A stretch of DNA of 64,000 nt, from positions 14,171,839-14,235,838 of the forward strand of contig NC_057744.1 in the NCBI RefSeq assembly GCF_004010195.1, in the 5' to 3' direction. Shown here in pieces: positions 52,001-63,705 of this stretch. Position 1 is the first letter of the stretch. Each line of letters begins with the position of its first letter. The notes beneath the pieces are model-generated. The model ran no database searches. It was not told where the DNA came from and saw only the letters and a list, made by a program, of their open reading frames with translations. Position numbers and translations under genes: made by a program. Origin of the DNA: Chiloscyllium plagiosum. Its lineage: Eukaryota.

Positions 52001-55000
52001 AATCTGGACATTTTGCAAGATGTCACTATCTATTTCCCTACTATATCTTCCATATCCTTTTCCACAGTAAATGCTGATGCAAATATTAATTTAGTATCTC
52101 CCCCATTTTCTGTGGCTCCAAGCCACCTTGCTGATCTTTGAGGGGTCCTATTTTCTCCCTAGTTACCCTTTTGTCCTTTAATATATTTGTAAAAACCCTT
52201 TGGATTCTCCTTAATTCTATTTGCCAAAGCTATCTCGTGTCCCCGTTTTGCCCTCGTGATTTCCCTCTTAAGTATACTCCTACTTTCTTTATACTCTGCT
52301 AAGGATTCACTCTATCTATCCTGTCTATACTTGACGTATGCTTCCTTCTTTTTCTTAACCAAACACTCAATTTCTTTAGTCGTCCAGCATTCCTATACCC
52401 ACCAGCCTTCCCTTTCACCTTGATAGAAATATACTTTCTCTGGATTCTCGTGGGCGGCACGGTGGCACAGTGGTTAGTACTGCTGCCTCACAGCCACAGA
52501 GACCCGGGTTCAATTCCCGCCTCAGGCGACTGACTGTGTGGAGTTTGCACGTTCTCCCCGTGTCTGCGTGGGTTTCCTCCAGGTGCTCCGGTTTCCTCCC
52601 ACAGTCCAAAGATGTGCAGGTCAGGTGAATTGGCCATGCTAAATTGCCCGTAGTGTTCGGTAAGGGTATGGGTGGGTTGCGCTTCGGCGGGGCGGTGTGG
52701 ACTTGTTGGGCCGAAGGGCCTGTTTCCACACTGTAATGTAATCTAATCTAATCTTGTTATCTCATTTCTGAAGGCTTCCCATTTTCCAGCCATCTGTTTA
52801 CCTGTGAACATCTGTCTCCAATCAGCTTTTGAAAGTTCTTGCCTAATACCGTCAAAATTGGCCTTTTTCCAATTTAGAACTTCAACTTTTAGACCTGGTC
52901 TATCCTTATCCATCACTATTTTAAAACGAATAGAATTATGGCCACTGGCCCCAAAGTGCTCCCCCCCGGCACCTCCGTCACCTGCCCTGCCTGATTTCCC
53001 AAGAGTAGGTCAAGTTTTGCACCTTCTCTAGTAGGTGCATCCACATACTGAATCAGAAAATTGTCCTTTACACACTTAAGAAATTCCTCTCCGTCTAAAT
53101 CTTTAACACTATGGCAGTCCCAGTCAATATTTGGAAAGTTAAAATCCCCTACCATAACTACCTGATACCTGATAAGGAGATAGCTGAGATCTCCTTACAA
53201 GTTTGTTTCTCAATTGCCCTCTGATTATTGAGGGGTCTATAATACAATCCCAATAAGATGATCATCCCTTTCTTATTTCTCAGTTCCACCCTAATAACTT
53301 CCCTGTATGTATTTCCGGGAATATCCTTCCTCAGCACAGCTGTAATGCTATCCCTTATCAAAAACGCCACTTCCCCTCCTCTCTTGCCTCCCTTTCTATC
53401 TTTCCTGTAGCATTTGTATCCTGGAACATTAAGCTGCCAGTCCTGTCCATTCCTGAGCCATGATTCCGTAATTGCTATGATATCCCAGTCCCATGTTCCT
53501 AACCATGCCCTGAGTTAATCTGCCTTTCCTGTCAGGCCCCTTGCATTGAAATAAATGCAATTTAATTTATTAGTCCTACCTTGTCCCTGCCTGCCCTGAC
53601 TGTTTGACTCACTTCTGTTCTCAGCTGTACTCGTCACAGATCGATCTCTTTCCTCACTATCTCCCTGGGTCCCACCCTCCACCTTACTAGTTTAAATCCT
53701 CCAAGCAGTTCTTGCAAATTTCCCTGCCAGTATATTAGTCCCCTTCCAATTTAGGTGCAATCTGTCCTTCTTGTACAGGTCACTTCTACCCAAAAAGAGA
53801 TTCCAATGATCCAAAAATGTGAATCCTTCTCCCATACACCAGCTTCTCAGCCATGCATTCATCTGTTCTATGATTTCCAAAGATCCTCAACACCCTGAAT
53901 GAAGACTCTTTTCCTCATTTCAGTTTCTAATAGTGAGCCTTTTTCCCAACACTGTGATCCCTTGTTGCAGATTCTCCAGCCAGGGAAACAGTGTCTATTT
54001 ATTACAAAGACAATGTGATGGTTATTTTATATTTCTTATCAACTTAATTTGTTTTGATTGTGTGAATATCAACTTTTGCTTAATCATAATTGCAGGATTT
54101 GAAACCATGGTTTCCTCCAATCGATCCACCACAGCTAAGCTATGAAGGTAAGAAACCTGCTTAATTTTGAGAGAAGAGATTGGCTGTTATGCAGTTAACA
54201 AAGTTCAAAAATGAATGGAAGCTCTAATTTTTAAGATGTGTTTGGTAAGTGATTCAATTAAAGATTGCAGAAGAAGTAGGCAGTGCATTGAAGTAGCAGT
54301 GACATTTTAGATTGTGAATTGGTGCCTTTAATATGCCAGATGGTGTTAAAGTACCTATTCGAGATGGCTCAGGGAATCCCTGATGGACTAAACCTGTAGC
54401 CTCTCTTGTTTCGTCCGGGAGATCGTACTCTGTGGGAGACTGGAATATAAAACTCTTAAAGACAGTTAAGTTTAAATTGTTACCTTGATGCCATTGGGAA
54501 ATAAATGTTGCACTCTAACATAGATGCGTACAAACCAGGCTTCAGCTAAGGTTCTAAAACCTTTAGCAGAGTAGCGGCACCAGCTATTACCCCGAAGACC
54601 CCTCTCAGGCAACTCCCCTTATTGCTGCAAACAAGCTGTCTTTGTTAGGTTAGATTCCCTACAGTGTAAAAACAGGCCATTCGACCCAACAAGTCCACAT
54701 CGACCCTCCGAAGAGTAACCCACCCAGACCCATTTCCCTCTGACTAATTCACCTAACACTATGGGCAATTTAGCATGGTCAATTCACCTAACCTGCACAT
54801 TTTTGGACTGTGGGCGGAAACCGGATGAAACCCATGCGGACACGGGGAGAATGTGCAAATTCCACAGACAGTCGCTCGAGGCTGGAATCGAACCTGGGAC
54901 CCTGGTGCTGTGAGGCAGCAGTGCTGACCACTGCGCCACCATGTTGCCTCTAATTTTATGCAGAATTTGGTATTAAAATTACAAAAAAATTCCCCGTCCT

Positions 55001-58000
55001 TAATCAGATAAGCAGCAATAAAACGGCAAAAGTTTGCAGAGGAAGAGAAACTCATTGACAGATCTGTGTACGCTTGACTAATTAAGCTATATGCACATCA
55101 AATTGGGAAACCTTGATCCAGCCAGGCCCCAAATTGCTGATTGCTTTGGCTAGATAACCTTCCCTTTTAACAGGACATCATAACGAGGGACTAGTCTAAA
55201 TTATGTGGAAAGGTCATGAGGTAACAGTGCTCACCTAACATGTCCAGTATCATTGTCTGACAAAATGGCTTTTTCTTTTAAAATCACCTTAGATTCCCAG
55301 AATGCAAATTAAATTCATAACCTTCCCGGATCTTGAGCTCCAGGGAATGACACGCAAACATTCAATCCATGACAAGCCAGTGTTCACTCAAATCAGACCA
55401 TAAAGGGTTAATCTTTCCACCAGTTTCCATTCTGTCTCCCCCCACCCCCGAATCCTTCAGTCAGTGAATGTAATTTTCAGAAGAATGTTTTCTCTCTCTC
55501 ACTCATACATTAACACCTTGCAACTTTCAGCCCTCATGTTTTCCTAACCTGGAAGGGTAGTGAGACATTCACTTCCCAGAGCAGTCAAGATTAGGGAGCT
55601 GAGCTTCATAAATTCAAATTTGGTCAGTGTGGTATACGTGAAAATATGTATTAGGATTGTTCTATTACGTGTATATTCTATTCAGCTTATTAAACTACAA
55701 TTTATTTTCCTGTTGAGTATGAGTTTTGCTAAGAGTCTTCGATATAAACAGAAATTTAGTTATCTGACACACCACTGTGAAATATGCATGCTTCCAGCCT
55801 CTGGCGTGTGAAGAAAGTACTGTCACACGTTCCACAAGTGAACAAATGTTATCACCTTATTTGCACCAATCCATTTACACTAAGAACTGATGCGCCCAAT
55901 TCTTCTGAACAAGCACTTTCCTGCATTCTGTGCAGCAAATGTGTCACATCTAAGGCTACGCACTTTCTCAGTGATGAAGTGACAGATAGTTGTTTTGTTG
56001 TTGAAAATCTAATTTAAAATTAGTTACTTCTCCAAATGAAAGGAATTTTCTAAGACGTAGTTTAGCATGCCTCCTGAGCCCTCGAGGTCTGGCCACTAAA
56101 GGATCATAAAGGAATTCTTCATAGAATCCCTACAGTGTGGAAACAGGCCCTTCGGCCCAACAAGTCTACACTGACCCTCTGTAGAGTAACCCACCCAGAT
56201 CTATTCCCCACCCTACATTTTACCCCTGACTAATGCGCCTAACCTACACATCCCTGAATACAATGGGCAATTTCGCATGGCCATTTACCTAACCTGCACA
56301 TTTTTGAACTGTGGGAGGAAACCAGAGCACCGAGAGGAAATCCACACAGACACGGGGAGAATGTGCAAACTCCGCTCAGACAGTCGCCTGAGGCTGGAAT
56401 CGGACCCAGGTCCCTGGTACTGTGAGGCAGCAGTGCTCACCACTGGGTCACCGTGCCACCCTAATTGCCCGTGCACGTCCCTGATTGTCCATGAGAATAT
56501 GCCTTTTGAGCCATTGCATTCAAAGTGGTGTAAGTGCACTTTCAGTGCCGTTAAGAAATAAGAGATGTTATTGCAGATATCTGAAGTGAAATTTCAAAAA
56601 TACTGCGGTTGTTGGAAATCTGAAATAAAAACAAAATGCCGGTTACACTCAGCAAGTTCAGCAACATCTGTAAAGAGCTAACATTTTGAGTTAGATAACT
56701 TAAGGCAATTTTGGTTTTAATTTGTTTCTTAAGAGAAGCTGAATAAGCTGGACTGTTTTCCCTGGAGTATCGGAGGCTGAGGGGTGACCTTATAGAGGCT
56801 TATGAATCATGAGGGGCATGGATATGTTAAGTAGGCAACATCCTTTCCCTGGGGTGGGGTGTCCGGAACTGGAGACTCCCTGTAACAGTAAAATTGTGCA
56901 GTATTGATGATGGAGATCAAAGCAGTAATGTTTTTGCTAACACTTCTGTTTATAATTTATGGTGAAACCTGACAGCTTGGTGCCCACCCTTCTTTAAGTT
57001 GCTGCTACCTAATGTGCAGATACTTTCCCCTTACTTCCATTTACCAGATGGAAAATAACTGGCCTGTGCTTGTCATTTTTCTGACAGTCTTAAGTTCAAA
57101 ATTTACTTAGACGAAGTAATGATGTTATAATTTTGTAGCACAAAATGCTGCTGTACCAGAAATTGTACCAAGTGAGCATTCTGAAGCAAAATAGGAGGGA
57201 CAGCATTCAGAAAAAATGTGTTGGATGCAGGCTAAATGCATGATTTTATATTTAGTCCTAACAATTCTCTGTATTTCTCCCACTGTGCTTTAACATTGTT
57301 TTTCATTGTTATTTGAAAGCTACAATTGGCACTAAGATCTAAAAAATATTACTTGAATAGAAATGGAGGCTATTGGCTGTTCAGATTCAAACTCCATTAT
57401 TTTTGTTATTGCTTAGCCTGAGCCTATTTTCCATGCTGAAAGGTTTTGATTTGTTTACGGAATCAAATCAATTTGTTTTACCAAAGTAATGCATGTTTTC
57501 ATTTTCAGTGTTGATTCCTAAGAGATGGTGTTACCTGAGGATGTCCGTTTTGAAGCGGTACTGTCACATTGTGAAAGTTCAGCTCCTGGGTCCAATTCTT
57601 TTTGGCAGACCTCACTCAGATGAACGCTATAGGAACTGGGCAGCTGAAGCAGAGCTTATCCAATACGAACAGTAAGTTTTGTAGTGATAGCTTCAGAGGT
57701 GTGGTGTGGCATAAGGATCGGTGCTGGGTCCACTGCTTTTCCTCATTTATATAAATGATTTGGATGTGAACATAGGAGGTATATAGTTAGTAAGTTTGCA
57801 GATGAAATTGGAGGTGTAGTGGACAGTGAAGAAGGTTACCTCAGAGTACAGTGGGATCTTGATCAGATGGGCCAATGGGCCGAGGATTGACAGATGGAGT
57901 TTAATCTCGATAAATGTGAGGTATTGCATTTTGGAAAGGCAAATCAGGGCAGGACTTATAAACTTAATGGTAAGGTCCTGGGGAGTGTTGCTGAACAAAG

Positions 58001-61000
58001 GAATCTTGCCGTGCAGATTCATAGTTCTTTGAAAGTAGAGTTGCAGGTAGATAGGATAGTGAAGAAGGCATTTGGAATGCTTTCCTTTATTGGACAGAAC
58101 ATTGTGTACAGGATTTCGGAGGTCAGTTTGCAACTGTACAGGACCTTGGTTTGGCTGCTTTTGGAATATTGTGCAATTCTAGTCTCCCTCCGATTGGAAG
58201 GATATTGTGAAACGTGAAAGGATTCAGAAAAGATTGACAAGACTGTTGCCAGGGTTGGAAGGTTTGTGCTTTAGGGAGAGGCTGAATAGACTGGAGCTGT
58301 TTTCCTTGGAGCCTGATGGGGGAGACTGATGGGTGACTTTTTCGAGGTTAATAAAATCATGAGGGGCATGGATAGTGTAAATAGACAAGGTCTTTTCCCT
58401 GGGGTGGTGAGTCCAGAACGAGAGGGCATAGGTTTAGGGTGAGAGGGAAAAAAATGTAAAAGGGACCTAAGGCGTTACGTTTTCACTCAAGAGTGGGGTA
58501 TGTATGGAATGAGCTGCCAGAGGAAGGTTGGTGGAGGTTGGTGCAATCACAGTATTTAAAAGGCATCTGGATGGGTATATGAATAGGAAGGGTTTAGAGG
58601 GACATGGGCCAAAGTGCTGGCAATTGGGACTAGATTAATTTAGGATGTCTGGTTGACATGGACGATTTGGACTGAAGGGTCTGTTTCCAAATTGTACATC
58701 TGTCTGACTCTAAGTCAGACAGAATGGCACAGATCAACAATCTGAATGCAGATTGTGGAATGGTTTCCAATTTAAGGCCCCTTTACAATAAATGATTATT
58801 GTGGTCCTAGCAATTTTAATTTTAAGAACGCACACATAAGCAAATTGTCTGCAGCTAAGCCAATTAGGAAGTGCATTTTTTTATAATCTGCACCTGAATT
58901 TCAACTGGCTCAATAAGAAGTGAAATTTTCTATAGCATCATATACTTCCAGAATCTCAATTTCCAAAGACAGGCTGAAATTCAAAACAAAAGCTGACCAG
59001 AACTCGCTACACAAATGCCATTCATCATTTTAATTCCTTGGGTTTTGTGAGGCCGTCAACTCCTTGCTCCATAAATAGGTCCAGTAGCTGTTCTGTTAGA
59101 AGATTTGATAGCCATTTTGTGACAGCAGCGTATCAAAGTGTTGCTGGGAAAAAATCCTGGTTGTCTTTTAATAGTGCAGTAAAACTGATATATGGTTAAA
59201 TTTAATTGTTCGAAATAGGATGCATTCAAAAGAATGTTATCGTCAACTGCATACAACACTTGAACTGTTTGTTACATTAGAATGTGTCACTACTTGGGAA
59301 ACCATGCTGATAATCATGCCTCACTTTTGATTTTTTGGTTTTTGCAATGGTGAGATGCTGTTCTTTATGCAGTAGCAGTCGACCTTTGACTCAGTGGTTG
59401 ATCAGGTGAAAGTGGATCCCTTCATATATGAATTTTTTTTCTACCTTTGTGAGTTTTCTGACTTTCTCTTCACAGTTGGAGAGAGAAGGTGCTGGGTGTC
59501 TGCAGGTTCTGCATGTTTTCCCCTCTCTGCCTCGCTTGACACTCAGTTTTTTTAACACTGCAGCTGAACCCATCAGAGAGCTGTTGCCAGGCAGAATTTC
59601 CTTAATTCAAGAGATTCTTGGTGCATTTAAGTCTTGAATTCTCTGTATTCTTCCGAAAGAAATCTTTGTATCATACAACTCAGTATGCAGCACTTGAATT
59701 TCAAGTTGCGAAACTCATGTTTTTTTTCAGTTATATGACTCCAGCTTCTATTTTGAAAAGGAGGAAACTGATGGCCTCTTACAGAATGTCACTTTGGATT
59801 AGGTATTCAGTGAAGAGAACAGTGACTTAGAAACCTGGCTGCAAATCAGCCAATTTTAGGTGCAATCATAGCCTTTTAAGCCTTTCATATGGCACACAGG
59901 AAATTTGTCATATTTACGAGCTGTGTTGGTAATGGCCAAAAAAATTTGGGCTGGAATGGTTCCTTTCAATTTTTCTACAGTCCTTTATTTCAGGGCCAAT
60001 GTTTTCTATGAATGGTGTTATATGTAACACACAATATGTTGCACAATTTTACACTATGCTTTGTAAAATAACATGTTAGTTAATCATGAAGCACCACCTG
60101 AGTCATAAAGTTAAAAATCACACAACACCAGGTTATAGTCCAACAGGTTTAATTGGAAGCACACTAGCTTTCGGAGCGACGCTCCTTCATCAGGTGGTAA
60201 TGGAGGGCTCGATCGTAACACAGAATTTGTAGCAAAAAATTTACAGTGTGATGTAACTGAAATTATACATTGAAAAATTGATTGTCTGTTAAGCCTTTCA
60301 TCTATTAGAATACAGTGATAGTTTCACTTCTTTCATGTGTAAATCGCAAAACCTTTTTTTTAAAGTTGCATTCTCGGGTTAGCAGTTAACAATGGTGATA
60401 GCTAGGCAATATGTTGAAGGTGTTAGCCCCCTGTGTTCTCTGTCTATGCCATGATGTTTAGATTGATTCTAATCTAAAAAGTAAGATAACAGAGTTTTAC
60501 ATAAATTCATGCAGTTTTTGAGCTCAGAGTTCTGTGTATGGGTGTCTATGTGCGTGTCTGTGTGTACCTGTGTCCGTGTGTATGTGAGAGTGTGCGTATG
60601 TAGGAATATCTGTGTGTTGTGTGATTTTTAACTTTGTACACCCCAATCCAACATCAGCATCTCCAAATCATCACACCTGAGTCATGGAATGCCTCCCTGT
60701 ATTTTTGGAATCCAATAAAAGCAAAAATGTCAATGTTGCATAGATTGTTAATGTGATTCCATCAATCAAGCTATTGATTTCTTCTTGATATACAGCTAAT
60801 AGATTTTCCAGAGATTTTCATTATTCATTAAATCAGGTGCCTTTACTGTGTTTTCACCCAAATCTTTATATCTTATAGTGTAACTGCATGACTTTCAGAC
60901 TAACTAGGAAAGAGAAGAAACCATCATGTTTATGGTGTCAAGGAAATTGACCTTTCAAGAAAAGTTAATTTAGTTTTCAGATCAATGGAAATTTATACTA

Positions 61001-62510
61001 AAAATATGGAGATTACAATATTAATTGAATGCATATTTAATTTCACATTTAATACTCACTGTTAAAATTGATAATGAAGAAACTCAGGGACTTGAGTGCC
61101 TGTGGATCCATATTTAATAAAGGGGGTCTTGTTTACCAGAAAGAAAATTAGGTAAAAAAATATAATTTTCTCTGGCATTTTCTCTTCATTTTGTCCTCAT
61201 TCACCTATGTTGGAGGTTTCTATTCCTAACAGCTGTAAAGTGTAATGTCTTCTATGTTGTTTCTTCTTTCTAATAGTGATCATCGCTCATTAACCATTCA
61301 AGTCCAATTATGTAGTTAGAAAGATATGGCAAAAACCACCTATCATCATTAATTTTCTTAGTGAGACACCTGTTTTTACCTCTGGAAGATAAATGAGCTG
61401 TAGTCTAGATCATTAACGTTATCTATCTTTAGTGAACATGAATTAACCATGCAAAAGGCTAAGGATCAGTATTAAACTGGTATCTTACTGGTTTGGCTGA
61501 CATTTGGGTTTGATGAGTGAAGGGTTAAATCTTGACTTTTGGAAACAGTGGAAAACCATTCACAAAGCATTTTTTCCTTGTAGTTATGACGAACTGCGGG
61601 ACCTTGATCTCAAAACACTGAAGATAATCAATCTTCTGGAATCTGCACATAGGGCTCTACTTGTATATGCTGTAAGTACTTTAAGTGTATCTAAGTGTCC
61701 TAATTCTCTCTCCATGCTCCTGAATGCTCACTTTTTATCTAATTTCAAATTGTTTTTTAGTTGAAGCGACCACTGCTGATACAGTTTGTTCGTGTTGGTG
61801 AAAACCTCATCCAGGTGAGAATCTAATTTTTTCCATTATTGCAAAGCTGACTTTTAAAAAGCACTCAACAACAATATTAGATATGAATATTTAAAATAAA
61901 TTCATGAAATAAAATTAAATAGAAATGCCAAGGACTGCAATAGCTGTACTGACTATCAGACCAGTCTCAAAGTCAAGAAAATACAATACAATATTCTGTC
62001 ATAAAAAGATTAGGTCCTTTAAAAGGCTAAATTGATAAGAGAATTATTGTGTGTGTGCTATGCTCAGAACATTTTATTATTTAAATATACTGCTTGTTAC
62101 AAAAGTTAAAATGATGCATCACCCTCTGAAACAGAGAAAAAGGGATGTTTTGGGTTTATCTTGGTAAGTGAAAGGTACTTTTATTCAGAGGTTAGTGTAG
62201 CTGAAAGTGCTTTCTTGCTGAAGTGCTTTTTACGTGCTGCCAGAACATTATCTGTTACAATATATTGAAATTGTGGAGATTTATTATGTTTAAAATAATA
62301 GTTATTTTCATTTTGTGCTTGATTGTGTCTTGGAGATGATATGTCTATTTGAAATCAAACGTTAAAGTTAAGTTTATTTTCAGTGTTGCACTTTGGAAGA
62401 AGCAGTAAAAGTGGTAAAGCAGCAAACAATTTTTCGGGATGCCTTGAAGGTGTTGGCCTTTGGGAATAAAATGCAAGCAGCTACAGTCCTTGCTCTTACT
62501 GGTCTTCATT
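46046..62510 (+). CDS. Unidentified multi-exon protein-coding gene, 5' part (~282 codons), continuing beyond the window
   Basis: Hand-assembled GT-AG exons with compatible phases and no stop: 46046-46126, 46368-46425, 47413-47606, 54096-54147, 57509-57671, (59476-59505, optional symmetric 30 nt), 61584-61671, 61761-61814, 62384-62510. Peptide starts MEHEIWDSDGCTTSDSSDLPDIVSSDE and ends ...FRDALKVLAFGNKMQAATVLALTGLH. Confidence 0.7.
46530..47140. repeat. Unclassified interspersed repeat with a GC-rich segment
   Basis: GC-rich block in an AT-rich intron; reiterated agttacag; tacaaaggtatctagg and tttattgtca resemble the reverse complement of 14175-14260. Confidence 0.35.
49507..50295 (-). mobile_element. 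CR1/HER1 3' fragment
   Basis: Reverse complement of the family tail and C-terminal ORF2 (RERLNRL, EIYKIMRGMDKINRQ). Confidence 0.9.
50505..53875 (-). mobile_element. Near full-length CR1/HER1 LINE (ORF1 esterase end, APE, RT with FADD), decayed, with a nested SINE
   Basis: Minus ORFs: NAWLRSWCMGEGFTFLDHW..KKDRLHLNWKG (SGNH-type ORF1 end), [40 protein letters not shown]. Confidence 0.93.
52452..52754 (+). mobile_element. Young full-length tRNA-derived V-SINE (HE1-like) inserted in the CR1
   Basis: gggcggcacggtggcacagtggttag...gggttcaattcc...ccgaagggcctgtttccacactgtaatgt(aatct)3; CpGs retained. Interrupts ggattctcg|ttatctc, which is continuous at 36907-36922. Confidence 0.92.
54648..54943 (-). 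mobile_element. V-SINE (HE1-like)
   Basis: Reverse complement of head gtgaggcagcagtgctgaccactgcgccacc, core and tail. Confidence 0.88.
56120..56462 (-). mobile_element. V-SINE (HE1-like)
   Basis: atagaatccctacagtgtggaaacaggcccttcggcccaacaag tail; gtgaggcagcagtgctcaccactg head. Confidence 0.88.
56733..56875 (+). mobile_element. Short CR1 fragment
   Basis: gctgaataagctgggactgttttccctggag..cggaggctgaggggtgaccttatagagg. Confidence 0.75.
57713..58712 (+). mobile_element. CR1/HER1 3' fragment (RT end to tail)
   Basis: MEFNLDKCEVLHFGKANQGRTYKLNG; family tail at ~58712. Confidence 0.9.
60107..60673 (-). mobile_element. Short Penelope-derived element with inverted terminal segment and 12-bp target-site duplication
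   Basis: cacctgagtcat at 60095-60106 and 60674-60685; aaagttaaaaatcacacaacac (60107-60128) is inverted at 60614-60635; TG-rich tract 60530-60620. Confidence 0.8.
60162..60196 (-). ncRNA. Minimal type I hammerhead ribozyme motif (Penelope-associated)
   Basis: Minus strand CAC-CUGAUGA-A-GGAGC(GUC)GCUCC-GAAA-GCU-A|GUG. Confidence 0.6.
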
Positions 62511-63316
62511 GTGAGTACCATGTGATCTGTTACATTACTCTCTGTCAAAACTTGGCTTCTGTTGTTCTTGATAAATTATGCATTGCCTAATCTGAAGTTC
62601 TCATTTTCAATTTGGTAAGATTTAATTTTTGTTAAATGATAAATATTTCAAATTCATAGGACTTGTAATTAAATGTTTGTTCGCAAAAAAAAAACACAGG
62701 AAACATTCATGCAAAGGACGTTCTTTTGACTGGATGCTGATGTTAAACTTGTGCTTTGGGTAAGCATCATTTGATGGCAGTAGGCCTTTGACCTACTGTT
62801 AAAATAATTTTCCAGTTGATGGATAATGTTTGGTTTAGTGTGTATAAAAGAGATTGAGAGTTTAGGGCCAGCTTTACAGTTCCTTTATCCTGTTAGACAT
62901 TGTCCAATGGTTTATAGCTGCACATGGAAATCAAGAAGGAAAGGGAGGACAGCAGAGTGGAGCATGGTGAAGGGATAGAAAATAATTTACAGTTCGTATC
63001 ACTTTAGCCAATACCTTCCAGTATTGTAATGCTTAAATGGGACATCTTGTTTAGTTTACAAAAACAGACTATGCGTTAGACATTATAATTTGGTTTCGTT
63101 GTGGCTAGTTTATAAGACAGAAGGAAAAATGATTTTCAGCCATACCATTACAAAGTTAGCATGTACATTTGTGTAAAAAGTTCAGAACCCTCGTTATTGG
63201 CCTAACTTTTCATTGATGTCTTGCAAAAGCTGACCTTGGATTTTCAAAGATCAAAACCCAAAAATTTCAAAACCAAACTAGAGAGATTAATGATCTATTA
63301 CATTATGAGTGTACAG

Positions 63317-63705
63317 ATAGAGTCATATACCACAGAAAACAGACCCTTTGGTCCAACTCGTCTATGCCGACCATATATCCTGAACTGATCCAGTTCTATT
63401 TGCCATCATTTGCCCCAGATCACTCTAAACCCTTCTTATTCACGTACCCATCCAGGTGCTTTTTAAATGTTGTAATTATAATCGCCTCCACCACTTCGTC
63501 TGGCAGCTTATTCCAGACATGGGCCATACTCTGACTTAAATAGTTGCCATTCAAGTCCATTTTAAATCTTTCCCCTCTCACTGAAACCTGTGCTGTCTAA
63601 TTTTGAACGCACTTACCTTGGGAAAAAGATCTTGGCTCTTCACCTTATATATACCCCTTATTATTTTATAAACCTTTACAAGGCCACCCCTCCGTCACTC
63701 CAGAG
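63317..63705 (-). mobile_element. Degenerate CR1/HER1 3' fragment
   Basis: atagagtcata...acagaccctttggtccaac...cctccaccacttcgtctggcagctt. Confidence 0.8.

Noticed and set aside
59428-59637. ORF LEREGAGCLQVLHVFPSLPRLTLSF as a long coding exon
   Set aside because: Its phase does not fit the flanking exons and it ends in a stop without a good donor. Only the 30-nt phase 2-2 reading fits.
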